A stretch of 64,000 nucleotides of DNA from Octopus sinensis (GCF_006345805.1 NC_042998.1:183706001-183770000); one strand, 5' to 3'; shown: positions 39,503-52,899, numbered from the stretch's first letter. The notes: a model not told the origin generated them from the sequence alone. Made by a program: numbers and translations.

Positions 39503-39735
39503 TATTTCTTTACTACCCACATGGGGCTAAACACAGAGGGGATAAACAAGAACAGACAAACGGATTAAGTCAATTTCATCGATCCCCAGTGCGTAACTGG
39601 TACTTAATTTATCGACCCCGAAAGGATGAAAGGCAAAGTCAACCTCGGCGGAATTTGAACTCAGAACTTAACAGCAGACGAAATACGGCTACACATTTCG
39701 CCCGGTGTACTAACGATTCTGCCAGCTCACCGCCC
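39503..39735 (-). mobile_element. SINE family B within (GATA)n/(CATA)n
   Basis: Matches the other family B copies. Confidence 0.85.
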
Positions 39736-40120
39736 TATACATACATACATACATACATACATACATACATACATACATACATACATACATGCAGAGTTTA
39801 TAATTTCGTGCAAAAAACGCAAAGCATTCTCTTCACACTTCTAGTAGAAGGGCCTAGAGGTTTAGTTTTGTGTTGAAAGCCAAATCATTCGTTAATATCA
39901 TGATGCTTCGAGCTGTGAAAGTTAATTGGCAAGACTCACTATTTAACTTCCAACGGATGTAGACAAGAATTTGTGTTGATTAGCCGGATTAGCGTCAAAC
40001 TAATCCGGTAAAGAAACTCACAGTTATATATATTTGTGTATATGCGTGCGTGCGTGCATGTGTGTGTGTGTGTGTATGTGTGTATGTATGTATGTGTGTA
40101 TGTATGTATGTATGTATGTA

Positions 40121-40181
<61 letters not shown>

Positions 40182-40396
40182 TGTGCGCGCGCGTATTTTT
40201 CAAGTATGCGGTCTGAGAAGAATACAGCCAGAGGACTTTAAATCATCTTTCCCACTCCGGTTTTTCTTCAAAATATACACATCTTTTCTTTTCTTTTCTC
40301 CGGAAGTATCTACTGTGACTGGTATGGCTGCCCTCACAAATCAGTAGACAGTTTTGGGGTTATAACTATTTTATTATTAAGAAATTTAAAACAAGC

Positions 40397-40985
40397 ATGG
40401 CTGTGTAGTAAGTAGCTTGCTTACAAACCACATGGTTCCGGGTTCAGTCCCACTGCGTGGCATCTTGGGCAAGTGTCTTCTATTATAGCCTCGGGCCGAC
40501 CAATGCCTTGTGAGTGGATTTGGTAGATGGAAAGTGAAAGAAGCCCGTCGTATATATGTATATATGTGTGTGTATGTTTGTGTGTCTATCTTTGTCCCCC
40601 TAGCATTGCTTGACAACCGATGCTGGTGTATTTACGTCGCCGTCACTTAGCGGTTCGGCAAAAGAGACCGATAGAATAAGTACTGGGCTTACAAAGAATA
40701 AGTCCTGGGGTCGATTTGCTCGACTAAAGGCAGTGCTCCAGCATGGCCGCAGTCAAATGACTGAAACAAGTAAAAGAGTAAAAAGGAGAGTAAGAGTATG
40801 TCGGCGAGCTGGCAGAATCGTTAGTACTCCGAGCAAAAAGCTGAACAGTTCAAATTCCACTAAGGTCGTCTTTACCTTTCATCCTTCAGCGTCGATAAAG
40901 TAAGTACCAGTTGGGCATTGGAATCAATGGAATCGACAAAGCCCCTCACCTCAAAATACCTGGCCTTAGTTCCAAAACAAGAAAG
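40397..40985 (+). mobile_element. SINE family A (40397-40785) followed by an internally deleted SINE B
   Basis: Matches the other copies of both families. Confidence 0.85.
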
Positions 40986-41259
40986 AATTTTTTTTTTTTT
41001 GTAACTAAAACATCGTTCTCAATCCTGCCTATATTTTCGGTAAATGCAAATCTTTTCCTTATGTTTCTGTTTGAAGATGGCTACAAGTGCAACCAAAAAT
41101 TCAAATTCAATTGCCTAAAAATAAATGCACTTACTTAATCCAGCAATATTTCATCTTCACACCTACCACGCCTCGTGTAATCTAAAGAAAACGGGTTTAA
41201 ACGGTGCAAGAAAATCTACGCACATTGGATAAGAATATGCGATAATGAAGTTAGCTAAC

Positions 41260-41335
41260 ATGCATACACACACATGCATATATATATACATATATGCACA
41301 CACACACACACATATATATATATGTACACACTTGT

Positions 41336-41405
<70 letters not shown>

Positions 41406-41537
41406 GTATGTAATATATATACTATATATATATATATATATATAAATGTATATGTTAGTATATATATATATACATTTATATATATAAGTAAATACACACA
41501 TATATATACGCACATATATGCATATATACACATGTTT

Positions 41538-41586
<49 letters not shown>

Positions 41587-41633
41587 CATGCATACATACA
41601 TACATACATACACACATACATATATATATAAAT

Positions 41634-41664
<31 letters not shown>

Positions 41665-42778
41665 CACACATTCACGCGCGCGCGCATATATGCCATCTAT
41701 AATTTCTTATGCAACTGAGTTTTAGTTATGGTTTCTGTTTGTTTTATTTTTTCAAATTTGTAAAACTACAAACTACTACTACTACTACTTTTCTCCTTCT
41801 CCTTATCGTTCTCTTTCTTTCTTTCTTTCTTTCTTTCTTTTCCTTCTCCTCCTTCATTAATATACCTATATTTAGCTACCATTATAACATCTGTTATCAC
41901 ACAAGTTCTCTACTACTTGCCTTCACAAAAAAAGTTCATTGTAGCTGTTCTTCAAAGCAAACTATTCCGTTCTGACAATAGAAACCAATTATATTATATC
42001 AAATACATATATTTTCATACTACAATTTAGAAAAACAAAAAAAACAAAAAACAACAAAAACCCCAACAATAAACAAACGAACATTCACACAGGTCAATTG
42101 AGTTATGTAAATAATAGGATAGAATGTATTCCATTGCTGTACAATCCTCGTCTTACAAATATAAAGCCTGGATGAGTCAGGTTTATGTATTAAGTTCCTT
42201 TTCTTTTTTTTTTTTACTCTTTTGCATGTACATTGAAAAAGAGAAAACTTCCATGGGTTTGTATGTGTGGGTGTAAGCGAACTCACACACACACACACAC
42301 ACGCACACACAGACGCTCGAGTGTGTGTGTATGTGTGTTTGTGGGTGTGTAATATAGTAATAATAACTTCATAGAAGTTATTATTAGTATAGCCTTCACA
42401 GAGATATATATACACACATCAATACGTGCACGCATATAGTTTTACGAAGCATTCAGATACTCAAATACACATATGCATCTCTCTCTCTCTCTCAGTACAT
42501 ATATATATATATATATATATACATACACACACACAAACACACATATATATATGTATGTATATATATATAATATATATATATGTATATATATGTATATATA
42601 TGTATATATATATGTATATATATGATATATATGTATGTTATATATATATATAATATATATGTATATATATATATGTATATATGTATTATATATGTATATA
42701 TGTATATATATATATATGTATTATATATATATATATATGTATTTATATATATATATATACATACACACACACACACAT

Positions 42779-42854
<76 letters not shown>

Positions 42855-42865
42855 TATATATATAT
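41260..42865. repeat. Long (TA)n/(CA)n-rich microsatellite blocks (41260-41670, 42495-42865)
   Basis: Directly visible. Confidence 0.9.
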
Positions 42866-43622
42866 TCAATGTACTAACATTCATTGATTTCTTGAAAGTT
42901 TCTTCCAAACAATATAATTAGAATGTGGTTTGTGGGGGTGGAGTCCTTAGTGTGGGAATATTGCGATTTAAACCAAAGCTCTTTCTCTATTATACACCTT
43001 TATACATTGGCTGCTTCTTGGTTGCATTCTGTGTTGTAGATCCAGTGTGTAGCTCGGCAATATCAATGTTTTGTTGTTTATCACAATTTTTTTTTTCCCA
43101 GAATAGGGTAAAGAATTATTACTGGAAGCGCGATTGGGTTATTCAGTCCCACCCTCATTGTTAAGTTTGTACTGTTACGCACGGTAAGTGGATTGTCCAG
43201 GTTTCATTGTTGTTGCACAAAAGAATATTGAAGAGGCAAATCTCGAAGGCATTTATTTTTAGTCTTTTGTATAAGTTCTTAAATAGCCCATACCGTCGGG
43301 TCATGGTGCATTTCCTATTTGGGATTTTAAGATATGGGCATGTTTATACTTCAGTGAGATATATTGTGCAGGTTGTAACTAACTAGCTCTTCCCCTAATT
43401 CCCCTAATATTTGACAATTTTGTCATTCCCGAATTCGTTATATGACCCCTAAACTATAAGCGAGTTTCTTTCTCTATGTATGTCATATAAACAGAATCAC
43501 ATGAATACAAGAAGGGCTCTCGATGTAGCACTTTTCTGATAGACGATATTACACGAAGAATACAGTGGTTAAGAACATTCCCACGACACTAGAAATGGGG
43601 TCACGCATCACATGATGAAGAG

Positions 43623-43823
43623 TAGTGTTTCTCAATCTATTTTCCCTAAGGGTCCACTATAACTTTCCAGAAAAATGTTTGCCCCCACCGCTGATTGGAA
43701 AAAAGCCGCGAAAAGATAATTCCATATCCCACTAAAAAAGTAAAAACAATTGGCTCCTACGTCCCACTATAATTTTCCCATGTCTCCACTGGTGGGGCGT
43801 ATGCCCCACGTTGGGAATCACTG
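43623..43823. mobile_element. hAT (Charlie-like) MITE
   Basis: Termini TAGTGTTTCTCAA / TTGGGAATCACTG. Confidence 0.5.
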
Positions 43824-43961
43824 GCGTAGAGAAAGCACGAAGTGAGGAAAAGGCGCCTAGTAAGGTAGGACACAGTCGTAGCTCTGTTTTGATCCACAGT
43901 TAGTTAATCTAGACACTTGCATTCATACTGTTCTATATTTTACTTTTCTATATTTTATATA

Positions 43962-44034
43962 TAGCGTAATGGTTAAGAGCGCGGGCTACTTACCCCCAAG
44001 ATTGCGAGTTCAATTCCAGGCAGTGTCTTGAATA

Positions 44035-44086
<52 letters not shown>

Positions 44087-44155
44087 CCAGCAAAAAATAC
44101 CTTAGGAATAAGAACCCAGGGTTGGGTTCAAAATTCTACCAGGACACCTGATGAA
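43962..44155 (+). mobile_element. Solo tRNA-(AAT)n-hammerhead module, 3'-truncated
   Basis: AGCGTAATGGTTAAGAGCGCGGG..GAGTTCAATTCCAGGCAGT, (AAT)n, GACACCTGATGAAG; homologous to 47379-47692. Confidence 0.75.
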
Positions 44156-44159
44156 GAGC

Positions 44160-44683
44160 AGGACTTCATCCAAAGTAATCCATTATGAAATGCTGGACAA
44201 CAACCAGACACTTAATGCTAATCTTTACTGTGAGCAACTTCGTCATTTGAAAACAGTTCTGAGCCAAAAGCGAGCATCCTTGGTTTACAGAAAGGGTGTC
44301 ATCTTCCACCACGATAATGCTCGTCCTCACACAGCTCGACTGACCAAAACTCTCTTGGAATAAATTGGTTGGGAAATACTGCCTCATCCTTCATATTCTC
44401 CTGACCTTGCTCCTTCTGATTACCATTTGTTCCGAGGACTACAGAACCATTTTGCTGGACTTAGGTTAACAAGAGAAGTGACTGAAAATGAGTTGGATTC
44501 ATATTTTGGTTCTAAACCTTCAGAATTTTACAAGCGAGACATTTATAAGGTTGCTGAAAGATGGAATGAAGTCACTGAAAGCAATGGAGAGTGTGTTAAT
44601 GAATAAATATTTCCATAGTCATTGGCTTATTCATTGTTACCTTAGATCTTTAAAACGGACATTACTTTTGCACCAACCTAATA
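44160..44683 (+). mobile_element. Mariner (D,D34D) 3' fragment with right TIR
   Basis: HHDNARPHTA..*..WEILPHPSYSPDLAPSDYHLFRGLQN; TIR ATTACTTTTGCACCAACCTAA followed by TA. Confidence 0.9.
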
Positions 44684-45592
44684 GACCAAGTCTAACCTAC
44701 TTTAAAAAAAAACCCAAACCCACCGGCATTTTCCAACGCATGAAGAGACACGTATTGTAATATGGGATAGTTTGCCACTTACAATGTGAAATATTTTTAG
44801 ATTGCATTGTGTATCGTCTGATTCCTGTAGGCAGCTCGATTCCGATTTCTAATGACTGGTAGCTGAACAATAGGATTAAAAAAGTGAGCTGAGAACATAG
44901 AGACTACAATTTATAAAGAATAATCAACCTTTGATCCATGTTATTCAATGACCTAACAATATGTGAACCGTGAACATTTACCACGTTCTAGTATTGACGT
45001 CTATCAGGATAACAGTGTCATCCCCGAGTCGACAAGGAAACCTTTACATTTATGTGGTTGATAAACCTGCGAGATATCACTGTTAAATATCGTTCAAATC
45101 ACACCTACTACCTTAAAAAAGTAAAATTGAGTGGAAAATACAGTTCAGGAAAACATAGTGTTTGAAAAAATGTCGGTTTGGTTACGGCCTGGGTGATCCA
45201 TCAAGGTAGACTTGGGACTAAATAACAACAACGTCATCACAATATTACAAAATATGCTGCCAACAACAGTAGAATGCGTCTCTTGTTTCTATATGAGATC
45301 AAAAAAGTTGGAGCAAATATGGAGAGAGCACTAGTAAGAACTACTCTTGAACTCAGTTTTAGGAACGCTAAAGGTTGAGAAACAGTAATTGTTCCCAAAA
45401 TATTATTAAATAGAATATTGCGAACTTCAAATCCTGCTCAGTCTGTTAAACTGATAAAAGACAGTGATATTAACCTCGCGTATACAATTGTATTTGACCC
45501 AAGTTTAATTGAGAGTAGCCATATCAAGTCTGAAATGTGTAAGATCCTATCAAATAATTACTTACGTATTTGTGAATTAGTTATATTCTATA

Positions 45593-45975
45593 CTAGCAGT
45601 ATCGCCCGGCGTTGCTCAGGTTTGTAAGGGAAATAACTATAAAGCATTTTTAGAGAGTTATAGCCAAAAAATAGCAAAAAAATGGAAAAAAAATGATGGT
45701 AAATTTTTTTGAGAGTTAAAAAAGGTGGAGTTGCGTCCCCTAGACGGTCTGTGGTTTGGGTTTCTGATTCTCGACCCCATGTCGAATTTATCGATTTTTT
45801 TCAGAACTGGGGGAACTTTTCAAAATTTTCGCTGCGTTAGTTTTGAATTATGACATTCGGCTATGTGTGTGTCAAGTTTCATCAGAATCGGTTGAAAGCC
45901 GTGGTCAGGGTGAGGGTACGAGAAAACAGACACACAGAAAACGCACAGACAAACTGCCGTTTATATAGAGAGAGA
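45593..45975 (-). mobile_element. Non-autonomous Helitron
   Basis: Minus strand TC start, hairpin, CTAG end; termini shared with 18356-18742. Confidence 0.8.
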
Positions 45976-46056
45976 TGAGAGTATAAGTAATTTGTATATA
46001 TACAAAAAATATATTGCATTCATTATGAAGGTGTGCAACTGTCTTAAGAATTCTTT

Positions 46057-47692
46057 TCATTATTTACATTATTTATATTTGACGGATTTTTGTCCTCATC
46101 TTGTTTGTTGTTAACACAGCCTTCATCAGGTGTCTTCGGGAAATTTCGAACGTGGGTATTTTTTTGATATTGTTGATTTTATTATTATTATTAAGGTCAC
46201 TGTCTGGAATCGAACTCGGAATTTTGGGGTTAGTAGCCCGCGCTCTTAACCACTACGCCATATGCCCGTGGGCAATTATAGAGTGAATTTTAAGGCTTAT
46301 AAATCTAATATTCTCCTATCCTTCCTTAAACCCTCTTCTTGTCGATATATATCAGTGTCCATACTGCGACAAGAAGAGGATTTAGCTATGGGTTCGCCGT
46401 TGTCACCGATAATAGCTAATATTTCCATGTAATACTCTGAGAATTTGGCTTTAGGATCAACACCACTAAAACCAACCCTATGGCTGCGTTATGTTGATGA
46501 CACCTTCGTACTCTGGCCCTACCAGGAAGATGTCCAATTGCTGCTAGATCATGTGAACTCAATAAAGCCATCCATACAGTACACAATGGAAAAAGAAAAA
46601 GACAATCAGCTAGCATTCCTGGACGTATTAATAACACGCACTAAGTATGGATTCAGGACATCCGTATACCGCAAGCCGAGCTTCACTGGACGATACCTCA
46701 ACTTCAACTCCCACCAGCCATACAGTGTAAAGAGAGAGATTGCTCAGTACCTAAAACATCGAACAATGAGTATAAGTAGCGATCATGATACCCGTCACGA
46801 AGAAATGATCAAGCTCAGTAACAATCTATCAAGCAACAACTACCTCAAAAGCATACTCGCTACTCCAATTATGAAGAAAAGAGAGGATGAAACCGATAAA
46901 CTGTCCTATGTGAAAGGCCTCTCCGAAAAGATGCAAAAGATATGCGGTCCATATGACATCAGGACAGTATTCAAGAGTAATACAACACTTCGCAAATATC
47001 TCCTTCGTGTAAAACCACCAATAGAAGAGAATATGACCAAGAACTGCGTGTACTCCATCCCATGCAGCTGTGGTAGATTATTCAAAGGCGAAAATGCCGT
47101 CCCCTCAAAATAAGGGTAGAGGAACATCGCAAAGCTGTGATACGGGGAGCTATTGATAAATTGGGGATAGCTGATCATGTATGGAAAATGGAGACCACCT
47201 CTTCCTGTGGGATGAAGTTAAAATAATAGACGGAGAACATGACTGGAAAATACGAAAACTAAAAGAAGCAGCACATATGTTAGGACAGACCGAGTACAGA
47301 TATGAATAGCATATGGGAACAGGTATTAAGGAAAGATGGGAGAATATTAGTCCTAAAACTCACTCCATAATTGACCGTGGGCATATGGCGTAGTGATTAG
47401 GAGCGCGGTCTACTAACACCAAGATTCTGAATTCGATTCCAAGCAGTCATCTGAATAATAATAATAATAATAATAATAACAACAACAACAATAACAACAT
47501 CAAAAGACGGAAAAAAACAACAATTTAGGAATGAAAACCTAGGTTCAAAATTTACCGAAGACACCTGATGAAGGCTGGAGGGTATATCAGCGGAAACGTT
47601 GTGTTAACAACAAACAAGATGAGGACAAATATCCGCTAAATATAAATAATGTAAATAATGTACATAATTCCACGTCTCTTAACTATAGAACT
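46057..47692 (+). mobile_element. 5'-truncated Penelope-like element (RT + GIY-YIG) with inverted 5' terminal repeat (46057-46333) and 3' repeat (47323-47692)
   Basis: LAMGSPLSPIIANI, WLRYVDDTF, LAFLDVLI, VYRKPSFTGRYLNF, NCVYSIPCSCG..KGE (GIY-YIG); flanks are mutual reverse complements. Confidence 0.9.
47560..47605 (+). ncRNA. Minimal type I hammerhead in the PLE terminal repeat
   Basis: GACAC-CTGATGA-AGGCTG...CAGCG-GAAAC-GTT-GTGTT: stem I GACAC/GTGTT, stem II GGCTG/CAGC(C), palindromic AACGTT. Confidence 0.65.
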
Positions 47693-48900
47693 AAGCATTC
47701 TTTGTCGCATAGATGATAGGTCATAGCCTGTCAACCAGTGGATGATTGGAATAAGTTGAGTTTTTACGTGAGTACAGATATTGCCAATCTTTATATTGTC
47801 AGTTCATGGGTGTATTCTTTCTCCTAGATATTTATCCAGATACCAAGCATCCAGCCAAATTCTAAAACACAGATTTAAAAAAAAACTTTTGTTATTCCAC
47901 ATAATATTGCTTGGAAGATTTTGGACTAAAACTCAAAAATCCAAGAGAAATCATGGTAGTCTCAAAAACAAAAATAATAAAAGTTTCTGTAAGAAACACT
48001 TTTTGTTGGAGGTTATTATTCTTATTATGTCTAGCTATGCCCAACCTACCTTTCTTCTCATTCTCTTTAAACCAGATTGATCTGGTAAGCGCTTCTTACC
48101 AGAACATAAAAAGACCGTAACTTTATTTAATCACTAACTTTTACATACTTAGTTTAAATTCCATCGAGGCTGATCCTGCCTAATATCCTTCTGGAGGATC
48201 AATAAAATATGGACCAATCAAGTATTAGGATCAATATAAGCGATCTTTCTTTTCCCCACAAAATTTAACATCATGTGTCAATATAAAGAAATCGATATTT
48301 CAAGGAGATTCTCTCACGGCTAATGTCCTTCCTCAATTTCAAACATTGCAAAATTTACATTTTTGTTGCTTCCTATTTTCTATATTTTATGCATAAATGC
48401 ATAGGAGATTTCTTAGTCATAAATTGTATAGCAATGACCTACGATGTTGAGGTTGTGCACTTAGAAATTGTTTTTCGCTTCCAGCACTTAGGACAAGCAT
48501 ACGCACTGAACTGTTCTATTTTCATCTTTTACTTTTTAAACTTTTTAATGACTTAGTGAAGGAAGCGTAGCTCTATGATAATTTTTCTGGTCCTCTGAGG
48601 TTTATGGGAGAAAAGAAAGAATTTATCTTAAGATCTAAGACCTGTTTCCGAATACTTGCATCAAAATGAAATCTATTGCTGCCATGAGGTGACCGTCTTA
48701 ACTACAAAGCCATGCATTATGGTTTTCTTTCAGTATTGTTTTTGATGTGTTCTTTTCCCTCCATAATTGTTGACTACTGTATTCTCATCTCAAACGTCCA
48801 AACGATTAACTGTGTATCACATGAAACTCATCTGTCTATTTGTCTGTTTATCTGTTTAAGCATGCGACGATTGTGAATACTTGATACCAAAGATGGGTAC

Positions 48901-49128
48901 CTATTTCTTTACTACCCACAAGGGGCTAAACACAGAGGGGACAAACAAGGACAGACAAACGGATTAAGTCGATTACATCGACCTCAGTGCGTAACTGGTA
49001 CTTAATTTATCGACCCCAAAAGGATGAAAGGCAAAGTCGACCTCGGCAGAATTTGAACTCGGAACGTAACGGCAGACGAAATACGGCTACGCATTTCGCC
49101 TGGCGTGCTAACGTTTCTGCCAGCTCGC
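48901..49128 (-). mobile_element. SINE family B inserted in the hAT terminus
   Basis: TSD CCAAAGATG(G)GTACC. Confidence 0.9.
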
Positions 49129-49556
49129 CAAAGATGGTACCGTTAACTGAAAAGTTAACTTTGATAACCGTTAATCAGTTAATTCTTTAAAAATGTAACA
49201 GAAGTTATCGATAAACCGTTAACCTTAATTTTTATTATAGAAAAAAGACAAAAAACTAGTTTTTGTTCTAAAATCACTTAAAACATCTATAAAAAGTGCC
49301 AAACTATAAAACCAGTCTTTTTTTTTGCCCTTTTGAGGGCTTTAGAACCTAAAAACTATAGTTTGTTTTTGCTTTAGAGTTAAAAAATGCTGATTTTATA
49401 GTTCTAACTTTGAAAAGAACTAAAAGAGACTGATTTCATAGTTTTGGTTTTTATTTTTAGATTTTAATGGCTTTTAGAGCCAGAACAGGGTAAAATAATA
49501 ATAATAAAAAAACTCAAATGAAACACAATATTAGTATCAAATAAAAAAAAGTTTAC

Positions 49557-49738
49557 AGTTCTATATTTAAGAGATGAGGAATTATGTACATTGTTTACAT
49601 TTGACGGATATTTGTCCTCATCTTGTTTGTTGTTAACACAACGTTTCGGCTGATATACCCTCCAGCCTTCATTAGGTGTCTTGGGGAAAATTCGTTCTTG
49701 GGTTCTCATACCTAAGGTATTTTTCGATATTATTATTA

Positions 49739-49788
<50 letters not shown>

Positions 49789-49860
49789 TCACTGCTTGGA
49801 ATCGAACTCGGAATCATGGGGTTAGTAGCTCGCGCTCTTAACCACTACGCCATATGCCTG
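49557..49860 (-). mobile_element. Solo tRNA-(AAT)n-hammerhead module, complete
   Basis: Reverse complement of 47379-47692; begins a few nt before the tRNA head; core mutated to CTAATGA. Confidence 0.85.
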
Positions 49861-50748
49861 TGGTATATGGTTAAGAGATGTCCTTGCCCATGGAAAAAAA
49901 ATGCTCCACTGCAGCGCTGGAGAGGATGGCTGCGTTCAACTTGATGAACAAGTCCACCAACACTTGCTCAACCAAGAAGGCAGCATCTGTCAGCAAGTCC
50001 TTGAAGTTGGGCTCCAACCAGGCCATGACCAAATTCTGGGCCTTGTCCTTGAGTGAACTGTGGCTCCTGCTGCTCTCTTTTGGCTGAGTGACACCAATGA
50101 AGAAATCATATCCCTCTTCGTTGTTGCAGCTCACTTCGTCAGACTGCTCCCCCAAGCCTTCCTCGACCTTATCCTCCATGTTTTTCCTCACCTTGGCGAC
50201 CTTGGTGATCTTGTTATTAACGGAAGTTAACTCAAGCGGACTTGAGTGAACGGACGTTACTTAGTCCGATAATAATTTCCAAAGTTAACTTAAAAGTTAA
50301 ATCGTTAACGAAAATGTTAACTTCGTTAATTAACTATTAACGAATTAACGGTTTGATGCCCAGGCTTGCTTGTTATCGATGGCACGCAAATATGCAGAAA
50401 TCTTGACTCTTTCAATTTCGTCGCCGCTACTGGGAGTTTCTCGTCTACTAATGATACTTTTGTGCTTTTTACCAGTATACGTCTATATGAGGTGCTTTTC
50501 TCAAGACGAATAATTCAGTATTTTGGCTTTCTTACAATATATTCCCGTAAAGTAAAATATACAATTAGCTATATATGATGGTACACCTCTGCCATTTCTG
50601 ACAACGCGATTAAAAGAAAAAGCTAGGATTGAATAAAATCAAATTTTAACTCCCGATATTCAAGGTCGAATCTTCTATAGATTTTGAATTTAAATCGTAA
50701 ATTTCAGTATCACAAGGCTTCCCTTAATTATATTGAACTAAAACGTCG

Positions 50749-50982
50749 GGAGGCGGCGAGCAGGCAGAAACGTTAGCACGCCGGGCGAAATGCGTAGCCG
50801 TATTTCGTCTGCCGTTACGTTCTGAGTTCAAATTCCGCCGAGGTCGACTTTGCCTTTCATCCTCTCGGGGTCGATAAATTAAATACCAGTTTCGCACTGG
50901 GTCGATGTAATCGACCTAATCCGTTTGTCTGTCCTTGTTTGTCCCCTCTGTGTTTAGCCCCCTTGTGGGTAGTAAAGAAATA
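50749..50982 (+). mobile_element. SINE family B with ~22-bp TSD
   Basis: ATATATTGAACTAAAACGTCGG on both flanks. Confidence 0.9.
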
Positions 50983-51939
50983 TATATTGAACTAAAACGT
51001 CGGTTTTAAACCCGCTCGTTTTTATTACCGAACTAAGAACATTAAATGATTAACAAATGAAATGTCACCTGATGAACATCAGACGTTTCATATGAAATAA
51101 AATACCAACATACTGCTGAGCTTACTATATAATTCAGATAACAGACACTTCTTGAACAGTCTTTCCTAAAACCCAAAGATGAACATACCAGTAACTTTTA
51201 CATAGGAGTATATTTCTATAATTTATTGTCTTGCCATGAATATACCTGAGGGCATTTGAGTTATATATTTCCCTTTTATTTTATCCTACGTTAAGGTGTT
51301 CTGTTTTATTTCATTTTATTCCATGTAGTTCATTTCGTTTATTTTTATCTATAATTACTCTTTTATATTCCATCTTATTTTGTGGTGCTCGTATGTGAAA
51401 ATGTGTGCGTGCGTGTGTGTGTGTGTGTGAGCGCGCGCACCCGTGCACAAACATAAATAATTTAAAGCACGCTGCGGAGACAGTTCACGATTACGATTTA
51501 ATGCGGTTTCATCTGGCGAATTGTCAGAATCGTAATAAAGACCACTTGTTAAAATATTGGTTATATAATCCCAGAAGTGAGGAATAGTGGCAGAAAATAA
51601 TGTGCGATAAGAGGGATCGAATGGAAAAAGTGGGCGCAGAACCGAGTAATTTACTTTGTCACGAAATAAGATAGAATATAAAAGGAGATTATAGATAAAA
51701 ATAAGGCGAAGCGAAATAAATAAAATAAAATGAAACAAAACAGAACGCCTTAACATAAGATAAAATAAAATCGAATTATGTAACACAAATAGTCACCGGT
51801 ATATAAATTGCAGGGCAATAAATTATGGAAATATACTGATATGCAAAAGTAACTGGAATGTTCATCTTTGGGTTTTTAACTTAACTGTTTCTCCAGCAAT
51901 TTGGTTATCACACCTTATCGTCACCCATCTAGGACACAG

Positions 51940-52340
51940 TGTTGCTGTCAGAAACCTGGACATTATCAAAGAAGCTTGAGAGGCGGTTGGATGAAACTTA
52001 CACTCGCCTCCTTACGAGAGCTCAAAATCTCTCGTGGAAGCGTCAGCCAACCAAAGTACAAATATATGGGAAATTACCACCTGTATCATCTCTTGTGAAA
52101 GGTAGAAGAGTCCAGTTTGCTGGACATTGTTGTAGAGCTGAAAACGAGGTAATTTCTACTCTTCTCCTCTGGAAGCCATCTGCTCGCGATACCAGAGGGC
52201 GCACACTCTCCTACCCTGATCTAATCTCCAGGGATACAAGCATTCAGCAACAGGACCTTCGTAATACTATGATGGACCGTGGGGGTCTGGCGTAACATAG
52301 TAAATTCTATTGTCTCGACCACAGTCGAACAATGATGATC
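51940..52340 (+). mobile_element. RTE-group LINE 3' fragment
   Basis: SETWTLSKKLERRLDETYTRLL..NLSWK..RRVQFAGHCCR..LLLWKP; short ATG-repeat tail. Confidence 0.85.
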
Positions 52341-52899
52341 ATGTGTTGCTCTCAACTACTGTTCAGAAAATTGGCAATTTAGGAGGTTGCGTAGCGAACT
52401 CTGGCCCTGGTAAAATAACAATTTCTTGGTCCCAAGTGTGTCAGGTATCACAGCGGAAAGAAATACAAGGACAGGAGTTGCCACACTTTATTCAAACGCC
52501 TAATGAAAGGTACAGCAAACGTTGGTACATGATACTGTTAGAAGAAAATATACATGTTGGTTTCTCATGCAGTTGGAACTTAGTGATGTATGCTTGACCG
52601 AACGGAACATAACAGCACGTCAAGGCTATCTGCAAAATAACTCTCTTCTCTCTACCGAGATTCGAACTCAATCGTGCTTCCCACCTTACTGAAGAATAGC
52701 GGGAAAAATTCCTCTTTTTGAAGCTTATTAGGGGCTCCAGCGAACAAACATAGTTTGCCTGCGCTAGCCCATGTAAGGCCACACAGACTCGCCCATCACG
52801 GGACCAGGTCATGTGGCCACTTAGAGAAAACACGCGTATGAGCCAATATCTGGGTATTTAAGGCTAGACAGCCGAATGGTAAACATACTTCTGCTACAG

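Larger units (their letters stand above)
48888..50368 (-). mobile_element. Internally deleted hAT element with transposase dimerization-domain remnant (49871-50200) and two nested insertions
   Basis: LFIKLNAAILSSAAVEHFFSMGKDI resembles SSAAVERLFS; ends CAAAGATGGG / CCCAGGCTTG; GTTAAC subterminal repeats; TSD CTTGATAC / CTTGTTAT. Confidence 0.7.

Noticed and set aside
47379-47452. Functional tRNA gene (also the heads of SINE families A-D)
   Set aside because: A and B boxes are present, but the acceptor stem is poor and the sequences are embedded in multi-copy repeats
51068-51100. CTGATGA...GAAAT hammerhead-like string
   Set aside because: No convincing stem II or stem I pairing
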